Assembly (NCBI GenBank): GCA_977020255.1
Contig: CDROCS010006560.1
Coordinates: 1 to 64,000, forward strand
Direction: 5' to 3'
Length of the DNA stretch: 64,000 bases
DNA from: Obrimoposthia wandeli
Taxonomy: Eukaryota
Shown: in pieces, positions 32,448 to 44,008 of the stretch
Numbering within the stretch: position 1 is the first letter of the stretch
How the letters are laid out: each line of letters starts with the position of its first letter
The notes under the pieces: model-generated
Database searches by the model: none
What the model saw: only the letters and a program-made list of their open reading frames with translations
What the model was told of the DNA's origin: nothing
Made by a program: the position numbers and the translations under genes

Positions 32448-32903
32448 CTACGGGCTTCCTTGGGGCTGTGCAATGGAAATAAGCCTCTTGCCATTGACCT
32501 CCTCAATAGAGATGTCAATCCATATATCATAGAAAGACGGTAGCATTTCAGAAAACTTCAGCCACTCAATAAAGACTAAGCCAGACTCGGGAAAGTTGAT
32601 AAATTTCAGCTCTTCTGGGCTTTCAATCCTATACATATCTATGTGAAATATGTTATCAGCATAACAGTTTATAATTGTATAGGTGGGGCTCTTTACATGG
32701 ATTTCAGGATTGATATTGTATATACACCTTGAAATGAAAGTGGTCTTACCAGCACCAACGTCACCTCTAATGCTAACTAGGCTAGCGTTATTTTGTACAG
32801 ATTGCAACATCGAAGTTTCAGACAAAATCCCCTGAGCCAGTTCTTTTGCAACGCTGCAAAGCTGCGACATCTCGCTGACATCGTAAACCCCATTACAAAT
32901 CAT
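32448..32903 (-). CDS. tsaE: tRNA threonylcarbamoyladenosine biosynthesis ATPase TsaE
   Basis: GDVGAGKTTF, VKSPTYTI, HIDMYRI and FIEW motifs. Confidence 0.95.
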   Translation of the reverse strand: MICNGVYDVSEMSQLCSVAKELAQGILSETSMLQSVQNNASLVSIRGDVGAGKTTFISRCIYNINPEIHVKSPTYTIINCYADNIFHIDMYRIESPEELKFINFPESGLVFIEWLKFSEMLPSFYDIWIDISIEEVNGKRLISIAQPQGSP

Positions 32904-32933
32904 TTTCGCTGTTTATTTTCGCTATTTTATATT

Positions 32934-34371
32934 TCACTCATTCGCTATAGTGGTATTATGCATATACCAAAAAGCATAACAATCCGACGGCAACACTGAC
33001 AATTCAATACAGTTACCCATTTGATTGTTGTGTAATAACATGACACAACCTAACCCACCAAACTCCCAAACATTGTCGTTAATTTCAACATGCACCTTGT
33101 TAGAGCTGTGGCGTATTATATTCGCATCTGGAGCAAGGTAGAACCGAAAATATATATAATTGGATACCTTGGCAACTGCCATATCCTTCCCAAAAATACC
33201 CCTTGGTGTAACAATGATGTCACGCATGTGGCGCATATTATACCTCCGACTGTGAGACTTGAATCGCACAATCTCAGCGCCGCTCTCAAGCGCGGCTTTG
33301 GACATCTCAGACTCACGGTCCCATGCTTGGCTCACCTGAATTGTGGAATGATGCTCTACATCCAAGCCAATGCGATTCACAATAATAGGCACCCCCTTGT
33401 GATAGTATTCAAAGCTAGCAATAGCAGGGTTATCACCATAGCTATGACATAAACATAGCACGCTCTCACCGGACCTAGCCTTGACAATGTTACCTAAGGT
33501 AGAGTTGTTAACGTTTGAAATATTTGCAATAATTGCTTTGATATTCTGGATTTCTTTCTTGTGCTCGGGCAACAGGGCTTCCAAATCCCTATCAGAGCCA
33601 AACCTGGCAACGTTACGTCCACAAATAATCTTAGACGCCGTCATCGAGAAAAAATCAATAGCACTAACAAAGAGCGCGTTATCTTTAATTTGCACCACAT
33701 CAAGAAGCACCCTCAACACCAAAAACGCAGTAATAGAAGAAATATTCTTTAACGCTAACAGCTCCTTTAACGTCAGATGTTAATTGAGAAAGCGCTATAT
33801 CCTGCAATTGCCTCACTGGCCTTTGTTGGTCCAACCCAGAAAGTGCCACTATCACACTCCTAGCAACTATCAACTTGTCATCATAAGAGAGAAGGGGACA
33901 TACAGTATTCAGGTATCTTGCATGTAAAATAAAATGACCTATAATGAGTGACTTGAAGTCGTTGCTAGCAGACGCAAAGAACACATCATAGTACATAGCC
34001 CAAAAGTACAACCTATTAGCAGCCACCTCTGGACTCCAAGACAGCGAGCCGAACCTCACTTGCTGTGTTATCCATGTATTGGTAATATTGCGAACATGGT
34101 CAATCACCTCTTGGTTGATAATGTTAGCACCCATCTTGTACGCCATATCTCGCAAAAAGCTAAAATCATGTCGATAATGCTTAAGCGCCTCCTCAGCGCC
34201 CATGGACATAATGCGTTCAAAGTTATAAAAACTAGGCGGTATTGGATCATGTACGCCATAGCGCACATCAAATGTCATCCTATAGGCTACATCTCTGATA
34301 CGTTCAATCTTTGGCACTCTATTGAATATACCCAAATAACGTTTTAAAAATCTAAACATCCTAACTAACAT
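32934..34371 (-). CDS. Heparinase II/III-like conserved alphaproteobacterial protein (split near 33710)
   Basis: W..EVAANRLYFW, SFEYYHKG..IIVN and FYLAPD motifs. Its position next to rpe matches the recalled alphaproteobacterial synteny. Confidence 0.55.
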
Positions 34372-35018
34372 CTCAATTGCCGTATGAAGTCTTTCATCTC
34401 CTGTGCTCCGCGTTGGGAAAATAACGCAGAACCAGACACTATAGAGCTGGCGCCTGCATCTATAACGCGCTTTGCTGTGTCTTTGTTAATGCCACCGTCC
34501 ACAGTAATGCTAACGTGGTTAAATCGCAACTTAATTCCCTTTATGATGTCAATTGAGCTGTCTAAAAAGGCCTGTCCACCAAATCCAGGCCATACACTCA
34601 TCACCAGAGCTTTGCTCATAAGCGTCATCATTTCACCATCAACCTTACTAACGTCAACATCTGGGTTAAATGCAATCCCAACCTCGACACCCATGTCTGT
34701 TAGCTTCGAAATCAACCCCCTGTGGTCTTTGCTAGCCTCATAGTGAAAGTAAATTGCACCCACACCCATTAATCTATAGGCATCAAAAAGCCATATACGA
34801 TTGTCAATATCTCCAACCATAAGGTGAACATCAACGGGGGTATTGATATACCTCATAACCGATTTCAAGACACAGGGGCCAAAGCTGATATTAGGAACAA
34901 AGCAGCCATCCATCACGTCGATGTGAATCCCATCGATACCTGCAGACTGCACATCGTTAACACACTCCTAAGATTCGAAAAAATCAGACGACAGCAACGA
35001 TGCTAAAACATTTACCAT
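34365..35018 (-). CDS. rpe: Ribulose-phosphate 3-epimerase (5' frameshift)
   Basis: IHIDVMDGCFVPNISFGP, DVHLMV, VMSVWPGFGGQ and VDGGI motifs. Confidence 0.95.
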
Positions 35019-35267
35019 AGAGCTTAATTATAATACTTTTGGCATCAATAAATCGGCACAAATAAATTGCTACTCCAGAATTACCACTATCCGAATTGCT
35101 TCCCGCTGCCTCAAGCCACCTGCCTTACTCATCCCCTCACAGCCGCTCTCTCACAACCGCCATTCATCAAAATTCATCAAAGCCCGTTGAGAGAGCCCCC
35201 CTGCTTGACCTTAATACCCCGAGAACCCCCCAGAGAACCCCAAAGAGGACACCATAACAAAACCACC

Positions 35268-35420
35268 CTGCGCCCCCCGGGCCGCCGCCAGGTCGACGGG
35301 TCATGCTGGGTCATAACTGCTCATGATACTGGAAATGGCAAGACACACTCACTTTTTTCTGGACTGCCCCCCCTTTTTTTGGAGGCCCGAGGCCGTAGCA
35401 GATGCACAATCGCCTCCCAC
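35268..35420 (+). ncRNA. GC-rich structured intergenic RNA candidate (6S-like?)
   Basis: Long-range pairs CTGC 35268-71/GCAG 35398-401 and CGGGCC 35278-83/GGCCCG 35384-89, an inner TCATG/CATGA pair, and GACACACTCAC at 35342-52. Confidence 0.3.
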
Positions 35421-35489
35421 ATGTCGCCTAGCATATAGCACGATATTGCTTTAAGTCAGAGCACGAAATGATGGCCTCTTCATTGTGCC

Positions 35490-37034
35490 TCAAGCCCTGG
35501 TTCTTAGTGTATTAATATCGTTACGCCACCTGATAAAACCTTGATACTTGTCACCTCTCAGGGGTTTGACTCTCCAATTTCGTGACAATAAGGGATTTAA
35601 GTTTCTACGGTGCTTAACTATCTCAAAATGCAAATGAGGACCCGTCACCCTCCCCGTAGCGCCAATAAAACCAATAATGGTATTGATTTTGATGTACTTG
35701 CCCTTATATATACCCCTAGCAAACCGGCTAAGATGTAAATAGGCTGAGACATAGCCATCGTTGTGGGTAATCTTAATATAGTTTCCAGAATACTTGTTAT
35801 ATGCCTTGGTCGAAATATAACCCGAAGCTGCCGCTACAACCGGCGTACCAACAGGGCCAGCGTAGTCCACCCCCTTATGCATAATGTGTCGCATAAGAAT
35901 TGGGTGAAATCGCATACCATATCTCGAAGTTACACGCGTTTTGCGCCCTGCAATCGGACGCCTGTTAAAGTATGCCCGATTAACCAAAAAGCCACCACTA
36001 TCAAAGAACGTTGAACCAGAATTATAACCAGAATTATAACTATAGCACTTCGCTGTACGCCCACGATAACTAACCAAAAAGAACGCTGGCACAGACCCCA
36101 CAATCTTGAGGTTTTCCGCATGTCTCCCCCCTTGGTAGGTGTTACGAGTAACCACCTCCACTTTAGCCCCGCTTCTCAACATCCTGAAGATTGTGCTACC
36201 CCTGATTGCATGATAAATCCTCCTGAGGGCCTTTTTGGCAACACCGGCATTGGTTCCATCGGTAATAAGTCCTCTGACAATGGTAAACTTGTACCGACCA
36301 TACATCCTATATCGCTTTGGGGGTATCTTTTTGTATACAAATTTACTACCAATCCTATCAATAACAACGAACTTGTTAGCCAGTGAAAATTCAGCACTGA
36401 CAATGCGGTCATTATCAAACACCATTGAAATACCGACATTGGATCTGAACTTATGTAGACCATATACAAATCCCACAAACTTGTTGGCTTCAAAATAACT
36501 CACACCTTCACGCACCAAATCAAGTGTAAATTTCTTCGAATCCTGTGCTCTAATAAAAATCTGTTTCCCTTGAATTGGCTTGTGGATAAGATATTGCGAC
36601 GTCTTGCTCTTTTTATTTAGGGGTTTCATCAGCTTCTGAAACAGGTCGGCATTCTTACCGATGTCATAGGCGGTACCGCTGTCATAACTCATGTCAACAT
36701 CCACACTCCCTAGGTTTGAACCCGGTGATATGGATGACACTATATATTGCTTTAGCTGCTTAAGATCTGATATTCTAGACTCTAAAGATACTTGACGTAG
36801 GACTGCATATGATGCAACTGCAATAAGAACAAGGACATAGAGAACCAGGAGTAGGTACGTAGATCGCAAGAAATTGTTAAATCTGACGACAAAAATAGCA
36901 TACCTTACAAACGCTGGAGAGATTTTAGCTATTCTGGCAACTAACCTAATGAGGTCAAAAATGTTGTACTTTAAGCTATTCAACCAAGTCATAATCATCA
37001 TCAAGCATGCCGCAAAGGCTGCAATACAATACAC
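35490..37034 (-). CDS. M23 family metallo-endopeptidase (MepM/NlpD-like); start uncertain
   Basis: SRYGMRFHPIL, HKGVDYA, YLHLS and GATGRVTGPHLHFEI motifs; N-terminal TM segment. Confidence 0.9.
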   Translation of the reverse strand: MYCIAAFAACLMMIMTWLNSLKYNIFDLIRLVARIAKISPAFVRYAIFVVRFNNFLRSTYLLLVLYVLVLIAVASYAVLRQVSLESRISDLKQLKQYIVSSISPGSNLGSVDVDMSYDSGTAYDIGKNADLFQKLMKPLNKKSKTSQYLIHKPIQGKQIFIRAQDSKKFTLDLVREGVSYFEANKFVGFVYGLHKFRSNVGISMVFDNDRIVSAEFSLANKFVVIDRIGSKFVYKKIPPKRYRMYGRYKFTIVRGLITDGTNAGVAKKALRRIYHAIRGSTIFRMLRSGAKVEVVTRNTYQGGRHAENLKIVGSVPAFFLVSYRGRTAKCYSYNSGYNSGSTFFDSGGFLVNRAYFNRRPIAGRKTRVTSRYGMRFHPILMRHIMHKGVDYAGPVGTPVVAAASGYISTKAYNKYSGNYIKITHNDGYVSAYLHLSRFARGIYKGKYIKINTIIGFIGATGRVTGPHLHFEIVKHRRNLNPLLSRNWRVKPLRGDKYQGFIRWRNDINTLRTRA

Positions 37035-37860
37035 ATTTCCATATAGTTGCGCGTCATGTTCATCAGAAATGATGAACAGCGCCCTGTTTTGTACAGGCTG
37101 CAGTCAGCACGTACTGAGCACAGGGTATATGTATATAATAACAAATGTAATTATATTGCATAAGAACCAAATACAGAACCAAACCAAGAACCAAATACAG
37201 AGGCGACCCACAACGGCTTTCCATATAAATGACCATGACCCCCATCATGGCAACACCATCTCCACTCAAGCATGGCTCCCATGCAACACCGATAAAATTA
37301 GAACGCTATCGTGCCTACAGTACACCGACCCCACAAGGAATATGGTTTTAAAAATCAAAAAACACAGCATTGCCAACATCGAAATGTCTCTGGCTCTGGC
37401 TCTGTTGTATCACATTTCAAAGCTGTACAGAGAAAGGATAATTCTCATACCAGTACCTAGCAACTTTTCATTCGGCAACAAGAGGGAAAAGGTGCATCTC
37501 AAGCGCATCTGCCACATGGTAAATAAGCGCTCTTATTCCACCAAAATTGAGGTACACAATATACTCAGGCTTAAGCCACAAATCTCACTCAGGCTTAAGC
37601 CACAAATCTCACTCATGCTTAAGCCAAAAACCTCTACAAAGCACAACACATCCTTTGAAGATAAGTTCGCAGATAAGCTCCTCAGGTTATACACAAAAAG
37701 CAAGATACAATACAAGCCAAACGATGTTATAGTAATGGTTGACGACGTGATGACCACTGGCGCAACGCTGTCTGCGTGCTATTGGATATTAAAAAATCAG
37801 CTAAGTGCAAGTGTGGTATATTCGTTTGCTTTCTTAACACCGGCCACTAAACAATATTAA
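36961..37860 (+). CDS. comF: ComF family phosphoribosyltransferase-like competence protein; start uncertain
   Basis: FPYSCASC...FCTGC Zn motif, LIPVP and VMVDDVMTTGATLSAC motifs. Confidence 0.85.
   Translation: MLYFKLFNQVIIIIKHAAKAAIQYTFPYSCASCSSEMMNSALFCTGCSQHVLSTGYMYIITNVIILHKNQIQNQTKNQIQRRPTTAFHINDHDPHHGNTISTQAWLPCNTDKIRTLSCLQYTDPTRNMVLKIKKHSIANIEMSLALALLYHISKLYRERIILIPVPSNFSFGNKREKVHLKRICHMVNKRSYSTKIEVHNILRLKPQISLRLKPQISLMLKPKTSTKHNTSFEDKFADKLLRLYTKSKIQYKPNDVIVMVDDVMTTGATLSACYWILKNQLSASVVYSFAFLTPATKQY
37563..37626. repeat. 24-bp in-frame tandem duplication (about 2.7 copies; LRLKPQIS) inside comF
   Basis: Direct reading. Confidence 0.9.
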
Positions 37861-37922
37861 AATGGGTAACATTAAAATGGGGAGCATTAAAAACATACTC
37901 ATAGCCTTACATCATAAGACAG

Positions 37923-38579
37923 CTATAGAACAAAGGCTGCAATATAATTCACTGAAACATCGTCTTTTGATATTGCCCATGTTTGATGAAACGGTGAGTA
38001 CTTAAGTCCCTTAATATCAACAAGGTTCAGCCCGTGCTCGTCACACATATGAACCAACTCATCTGGCTTAACAAACTTCCCCCACTGGTGAGTGCCAAGC
38101 TTTACAAAGCCACACACCCATTCCGCAAGAACAATCGCAGCAAGAAACGATTTAGCATTCCGATTGAGAGTGCTAAAAAACACTGCTTTCTTTGCCAACC
38201 TACGACAGTGTTTCACAAAATTTTCAGGGTCTTGTGTATGCTCAATCACCTCAAGGGCAAAAACATAGTCATACTCACCCTCCACGTCAGCCACATCCAT
38301 ACAGAGGAATTCAATCTCTGGGTTATGTAGCCTACCCGATTTCAGCGCCTCAATGTCTATATCAATACCGGTAACATCAAAGCCCAGGTTGTACAAAGGC
38401 TCAGTCAAGATTCCACCACCGCATCCAACATCCAACGCAGTGGAGCCCGCTATGCTTCCACCTGTCTTTGATATCACATCCCTAATGAACTCAATCCTAA
38501 TAGGATTCAATGCGTGAAGGCCGTCATAGCCTTTATTAATCTTCCACCACTCCATACAATTTCTCAGCCCTGTTAACAA
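37923..38579 (-). CDS. ubiG: Ubiquinone biosynthesis O-methyltransferase
   Basis: WW...LHALNPIRIEFI, LDVGCGGGILTE, LEVIEH, STLNRN and THQWGKFVKPDEL motifs. Confidence 0.93.
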   Translation of the reverse strand: MLTGLRNCMEWWKINKGYDGLHALNPIRIEFIRDVISKTGGSIAGSTALDVGCGGGILTEPLYNLGFDVTGIDIDIEALKSGRLHNPEIEFLCMDVADVEGEYDYVFALEVIEHTQDPENFVKHCRRLAKKAVFFSTLNRNAKSFLAAIVLAEWVCGFVKLGTHQWGKFVKPDELVHMCDEHGLNLVDIKGLKYSPFHQTWAISKDDVSVNYIAAFVL

Positions 38580-38988
38580 AGGCTTTTGTGAATTTACTCA
38601 GGCCGTTTTTGAGTTTGTTATCAACAATATAGTTATACGGTGAGACAATCTCAAAGCTGCTATTAATCTCTATATGGGTTTTGCCATTCTCAGAGCTAAG
38701 TCTCCAAACATTCTCTAAGTGCCGTAAAAAAACATTCCCCTTGTGTAGCTTTGACACTATAGCATCATCACTCTGGACAACACGACTCACAAAGGTTAGA
38801 CTCATAATCCCAATAGACACACCCAATTCCGCAAGCAAGCTCCCATCGCTGCGCACTTCTAGCACTTGGGATATACTGCAATCTGGCACAAAGTCCTTGT
38901 ATGCATTTATATCCATAATGATATCCTTTATTTGTTTGATGGTATATGACACAACAATGGAGTCATGCACTTCAATCATGAAGCGCAC
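38536..38988 (-). CDS. RatA/Coq10 START-domain protein
   Basis: [12 protein letters not shown] and [11 protein letters not shown] motifs; lipA-ratA synteny. Confidence 0.85.
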   Translation of the reverse strand: MRFMIEVHDSIVVSYTIKQIKDIIMDINAYKDFVPDCSISQVLEVRSDGSLLAELGVSIGIMSLTFVSRVVQSDDAIVSKLHKGNVFLRHLENVWRLSSENGKTHIEINSSFEIVSPYNYIVDNKLKNGLSKFTKAFVNRAEKLYGVVED

Positions 38989-39955
38989 CCTCTCTTGTGG
39001 CTTTTAACGTGAGGAAGTCGCTATCTGCATGATAAGACGACCTAGTCAGCGGCGACGCAGACACCATCAAGAACCCCTTAGATCGCGCCACCTGTTCATA
39101 TACATTAAAAACACTAGGATGGACAAACCTATCAACCGGACTGTGTTTAGGTGTAGGTTGTAAATACTGCCCTACAGTCAAGAAATCCACACCAGCGCTC
39201 TTTAGGTCATCCATAACCTGATAAATCTCCTGATCTGACTCCCCTAAGCCCACCATCATACCAGATTTGGTGAAAATCACAGATGACCCCTCTTTCACTT
39301 TAGCCAACAGCTGTAATGACCTAAAGTACCTAGAGCCCGGCCTCACGCCTCTATATAACCTTGGGACTGTCTCAATATTATGGTTGAAGACATCAGGTGG
39401 TGCATTGTCCATAATAATGTCAACACTTTTGAGGAAATCCGGCGTCAAAATCTCAATCGTCGTTGCAGGTGACTTGTACCTAATCGAGGCAATGCATTTC
39501 ACAAAATGCCATGCCCCACCATCTTGCAAGTCATCTCGGTTAACCGAGGTGATTACAACGTGCTTTAGACCCAATATCGCAACGGATTCGGCAACGCGTA
39601 TTGGCTCCATTTCATCAACTGGGTTGGGCTTCCCTGTCGCAATATTACAAAAACTACATGCTCTAGTGCAAACATCACCCAATACAATGAATGCAGCGTG
39701 CTTACGTGACCAGCACTCAGACAGATTTGGACATGCGGCCTCCTCACACACGGTGTTGAGCCTGTTGTCCCTCATGGTCTTGATGGTTGCACGCAGCTCT
39801 GGATTGTTCCTCGCTCTCACCCTAATCCAGGGTGGCTTTTTGGAGAAAGTGGACTTGTTGAGCTGCTTCTCAGGGTGCCTAACTCTTGATGCGTCATCAG
39901 AGCCACAGCCTTGGCTTTTTACAGCCTCCAAGTTAACGTTGTTAGTAATTACCAT
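38972..39955 (-). CDS. lipA: Lipoyl synthase
   Basis: [30 protein letters not shown] and SSYHA motifs. Confidence 0.97.
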   Translation of the reverse strand: MVITNNVNLEAVKSQGCGSDDASRVRHPEKQLNKSTFSKKPPWIRVRARNNPELRATIKTMRDNRLNTVCEEAACPNLSECWSRKHAAFIVLGDVCTRACSFCNIATGKPNPVDEMEPIRVAESVAILGLKHVVITSVNRDDLQDGGAWHFVKCIASIRYKSPATTIEILTPDFLKSVDIIMDNAPPDVFNHNIETVPRLYRGVRPGSRYFRSLQLLAKVKEGSSVIFTKSGMMVGLGESDQEIYQVMDDLKSAGVDFLTVGQYLQPTPKHSPVDRFVHPSVFNVYEQVARSKGFLMVSASPLTRSSYHADSDFLTLKATREGALHD

Positions 39956-40134
39956 AAAACTATTTTACATATAATATTCAATACCAAATTAGGCATAAGT
40001 CATGATATAAGCGGCATGTACAAGTCATGCATAAGGGTCATATACAAGGGTCAGCAACACAATTAACGATATTTCACATTCTAACAGCGCTGGCCTTAAA
40101 CACAACAGTGGTCTGTGCATAACAGTGGTCTGTG

Positions 40135-41457
40135 TTATGCAAAAATCAGAATCGGGTCCTCAACAAGCTCTTTCAACTTTACAAGAAACTTAGCTGCCTC
40201 CATGCCATTAACGACCCTGTGGTCCACAGACAGGACAAAGTTAATGACCTGAGCAACCCGAATTTCATCGTTCACCACCTTCGGAACCTTAATGGCTCTG
40301 CCTACTGCAAGACTCAATGGCATTGGGAAATTAATAATACTTGTAAATTTATCAACTCCAAACATACCCAAATTCGATAACGTCAAAGACCCGTCATTCG
40401 TATTGGATGAGTAGTCACCTTCTTTTATCTTGGCAATCTCCTGCTTTGTAGTCTTTGCAATCTCCCAAATGCTCTTCTTGTCGGCGCACTCAATGCGAGG
40501 GGTTAAAATCCCAGACTCAACCCCCACAGCAAACGCAATATCCACACTGGACCTCTTGCACATCTGTGAGCCATCAACATAATTTAGATTCACAAAAGGG
40601 CATTGCTTAATAGCCATAGCGCATGCCTTAATCAACAAATCATTGACACTCACTTTAGCCGTACCACTAAGTGACCCCTTCACAAGTAACATTTGGTCAA
40701 CGTCAACTTGCTGCTCGATATAAAAATGCGGTACGGTGCTTTTCGATTGCAGCATTTTTTCAGCAATAACTGACTGCATCGCAGACATGTTAACTATAGT
40801 GCCACTGGAGTTATTGGCATTACTGGCGTTATCAGCACTTCCACCACCACCCAACGTAAGGGATTCGATATCGGCTTTACGAATACGTCCGCTTGGGCCG
40901 GACCCTGACACTGTCAAGATATCAATCTTACGACCATGAGCCATTTTCTTCGCTATTGGGGTAATCATAACCCTGCCTCCCATTGCTTTAGGGGTGACAT
41001 CCCTAAAGACATTCGCAGTGGGGCTCATGTCATCTTGCTGGAGAGGTGCTGTACCTTTTGGCGCTACAGATTCAGAGCCCGCAGTGTCCCTATTCTGGGA
41101 GGCCTGGGGTGCTGCTGCTGAGGCCTGGGGGCCTGGGGGGCCCTGGGGGGCTGGTGCTTGGGGGGCCGGTGCTGCTGCTTGGGTTTGGGACACCTGCTTA
41201 AGCGTCACAAACTCTTCGCCTTCTTTGATAAATACTGCTATCAAATCACCAACCTTAATGCCGGACAAGCCTTCAGGCACCATATCAGATACCACCCCTT
41301 CTTCCATAGACTCCATTTCCATGATGGCTTTGTCAGTTTCGATATCAGCTATATAATCACCAAAGACGACCTTGTCACCTTTCTTCACTATCCACTTTAC
41401 CAACTTACCCGCCTTCATGGTGGGACTCAGAGCAGGCATAAAAACTTTAATAGACAT
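40135..41457 (-). CDS. pdhC: Pyruvate dehydrogenase E2, dihydrolipoamide acetyltransferase
   Basis: MPALSPTM, IETDKA lipoyl site, GSGPSGRI, VPHFY and LSVDHRVVNG motifs; Ala/Pro linker. Confidence 0.95.
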   Translation of the reverse strand: MSIKVFMPALSPTMKAGKLVKWIVKKGDKVVFGDYIADIETDKAIMEMESMEEGVVSDMVPEGLSGIKVGDLIAVFIKEGEEFVTLKQVSQTQAAAPAPQAPAPQGPPGPQASAAAPQASQNRDTAGSESVAPKGTAPLQQDDMSPTANVFRDVTPKAMGGRVMITPIAKKMAHGRKIDILTVSGSGPSGRIRKADIESLTLGGGGSADNASNANNSSGTIVNMSAMQSVIAEKMLQSKSTVPHFYIEQQVDVDQMLLVKGSLSGTAKVSVNDLLIKACAMAIKQCPFVNLNYVDGSQMCKRSSVDIAFAVGVESGILTPRIECADKKSIWEIAKTTKQEIAKIKEGDYSSNTNDGSLTLSNLGMFGVDKFTSIINFPMPLSLAVGRAIKVPKVVNDEIRVAQVINFVLSVDHRVVNGMEAAKFLVKLKELVEDPILIFA

Positions 41458-41535
41458 ACAACCACAACATAATAAATAATACAACAAAAACTAAAGCAAT
41501 AGCTCTAAATAAGCACACTCACTTACCTCGCACCC

Positions 41536-42513
41536 TTACCTATTGAGCAGCTTTTTAACCTGCCGACACAAGGTGCCCTTGTTTGGTAAATACTCAGCCT
41601 CCAAGGTTTTACCGTACGGCACAGGGGTGTCTGCAGACGAAATCACCATGGGTTCAGAATCCAAATAATCAAACGCTATTTCGCACACCTTCATCACAAT
41701 ACTGCACCCCACACTGCAAGAGGGATTGGACATCTGTAATACCACAATATTGTTGGTCTTTTGTAGAGAGCTAACTACGGTATCCATATCAATTGGCCTC
41801 ACACTCCTGAGGTTAATTACCTCGGCGCTAATTCCATCATGCAACAAATCGTCAGCAGCCTCCATTGCAATGCTCACGGCATATGAATATGCAACAATAG
41901 TGATATCGTTTCCGCTTCGTTCAATTTTAGCCTTTGATAAATCTGCCACATCTTCATCGGGGCACATTTCAAATTCCTGACTGTATAGTGTCTCGCTTTC
42001 AAGGAACATCACAGGGTTGGGGTCCCTAATGGCGGCCTTAATCATGCTCTTGGCATCCTGAGCTGACCACGGTGCAAGCACCTTCAATCCCGGAATTGCA
42101 GCATATATTGAGGTGAGGTCCTGAGCATGCTGGGCAGCAATACCACTAGACCACCCATTAGGTCCTCTAAAAACTATTGGAACCTTGACTTCGCCGCCTG
42201 TCATATACAAGCTCTTGCTAGCCGTGCTGATAATGTGATCAATAGCCTGGAAAGAAAAGCATATATTCATATACTCCACAATGGGCTTGAGCCCATACAT
42301 AGCAGCACCAACCGCTACACCAGTAAAACCGTATTCAGAAATTGGGGTGTCATATACCCTATCCTCACCAAATTCCTCGAGCATAGATTTTGTAACCTTG
42401 TATGCTCCATTGTATTTACCAACCTCCTCGCCAATGATGAAAACCGAAGGGTCATTCTTCATCTCTTCGGCAATCCCTTGCCTAATCGCCTCTCTTACAC
42501 TAATTTTTACCAT
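41536..42513 (-). CDS. pdhB: Pyruvate dehydrogenase E1 beta (no N-terminal lipoyl domain)
   Basis: GEEVGKYNGAYKVT, DTPISEYGF, VFRGPNG and EVINLRS motifs. Confidence 0.95.
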   Translation of the reverse strand: MVKISVREAIRQGIAEEMKNDPSVFIIGEEVGKYNGAYKVTKSMLEEFGEDRVYDTPISEYGFTGVAVGAAMYGLKPIVEYMNICFSFQAIDHIISTASKSLYMTGGEVKVPIVFRGPNGWSSGIAAQHAQDLTSIYAAIPGLKVLAPWSAQDAKSMIKAAIRDPNPVMFLESETLYSQEFEMCPDEDVADLSKAKIERSGNDITIVAYSYAVSIAMEAADDLLHDGISAEVINLRSVRPIDMDTVVSSLQKTNNIVVLQMSNPSCSVGCSIVMKVCEIAFDYLDSEPMVISSADTPVPYGKTLEAEYLPNKGTLCRQVKKLLNR

Positions 42514-42540
42514 AATAGAATAATTCTCAACCCTAAAGCC

Positions 42541-43526
42541 CTATAAATATATATCCTCATATAACATTTCTGGATTAGGTAAGCGCTGTTCCAAGAGCTC
42601 CTTGTCAATCTTGGCAACCATGTCATCGATTTTGGTGTCAATCTTCTTTATCTCAATATCATCTGACCCTATTAGGGCAGCTATGTTGTCTATAGCGTCG
42701 TCTTCAGCTTTAACTTTATTAACTTCATCACGCGTCCTATACGAAGTACCTGGATCAGACATGGAATGCCCGCAATATCTGTATGTCATAATCTCAAGCA
42801 GGATGGGTTTTTTATTCTTCTCAACCGTCTTTTTTGCGTACTTCATTGCACTAATCACATCAACAACGCACATTCCATTCACTTGAAAATTAGGTATGTT
42901 AAATGGGTCGCATCTCTTGTGTAGAGCCTCTGGGTTCACGCTTGAACGTTCGCTACTCGTGCCCATTGCATACTGATTGTTCTCAACCACAAAAATGATA
43001 GGCAACCCCCACAGAGAAGCAATATTAAATGTTTCATAAACCTGCCCTTGGTTCATAGCGCCATCACCAATACTGGCAATAACCACACCGGATTCGGATT
43101 TATACTTCTTGCCAAACGCAAGCCCAGCACCTAGAGAGAACGGCGTACCAACAATGCCGTGACCACCCCAAAAATTATTTCCAGGACTTGAAAGGTGCAT
43201 AGACCCACCTCTCCCCTTAGAGCACCCTCTTGTATCAGCTAGTAGCTCTGCTATGGCTGATTTTGGGTCACTTAAGAGCATGTGATAGCCATGCGATCTA
43301 TAAGATGCAATTACATGGTCAGACTTGGTCATCTCGCGACAAATGCCAGCAATGACCGCCTCCTGACCCAGTGAAAGGTGACAAAGCCTTGGATTCTCTG
43401 AGACATATAAAGCTTATATGCAAGGGTCTCCACCTTCCTCACCAAGAGCATGTCACTATACAGCTCTAAAAGAACCTTTCGGTCAAAATCAACCCGTTTA
43501 TATTGATGTTTATTATCCGTTTTCAT
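42541..43526 (-). CDS. pdhA: Pyruvate dehydrogenase E1 alpha (frameshift near 43330)
   Basis: GRGGSMH, GGHGIVG, GDGAMNQGQVYE, ENNQYAMGT and RYCGHSMSDPG motifs. Confidence 0.95.
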
Positions 43527-43589
43527 TTAATCAGCAAGCCCTTATCGGGTCAAAATTCAAAATAGCCCATAGCATCATCGGTGCCATGA

Positions 43590-43820
43590 CTATTGTGTTA
43601 CCTTGTCACATACAAAAACCATCTCATCAGAGAGGCCATATATCATATGATAACGCATCAACGTTTCTAGCGTATCAATAGACAGATTCAACGATTGCAT
43701 ATCTATAGAAGAGTTGCTCAACCTATAGAGCTGCAAGGAGCGATCATTTAAAACATCTTTGGACTCTTGTAGCTTGTTTGTCAAAGCTATATACACCACT
43801 ATACCGCTTTTATTGTGCAA
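43590..43820 (-). CDS. Septum formation initiator FtsB/DivIC-like (5' end uncertain)
   Basis: Coiled-coil ending SIDTLETLMRYHMIYGLSDEMV; canonical position upstream of pdhA. Confidence 0.55.
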   Translation of the reverse strand: MHNKSGIVVYIALTNKLQESKDVLNDRSLQLYRLSNSSIDMQSLNLSIDTLETLMRYHMIYGLSDEMVFVCDKVTQ

Positions 43821-43951
43821 TAAATAAAATGAGGTAAAAATGAGACATATTACAAGAAACGTTCTTTATAGCCTTAGTCATTTCTGTTGTATTATGATTA
43901 AATATTACAGCAAAAATGACCTTTATGTCACGTCTTTGTCATATTTTTGCA

Positions 43952-44008
43952 AACACACTTCCAACACACTTCCAACACACTTCCAACACGCTTCCAACAC
44001 GCTTCCAA
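43952..44008. repeat. 11-bp tandem repeat (AACACRCTTCC x5)
   Basis: Direct reading. Confidence 0.9.

Noticed and set aside
36874-37034. True head-to-head overlap of the M23 peptidase and comF genes
   Set aside because: Both have downstream alternative starts, so the overlap probably reflects longest-ORF start choice.
39267-39974. Long antisense ORFs (e.g. 39267..39974+, 13353..13808+, 63451..63915+, 59601..60017+)
   Set aside because: They are shadows of well-conserved genes on the opposite strand and carry no motifs.
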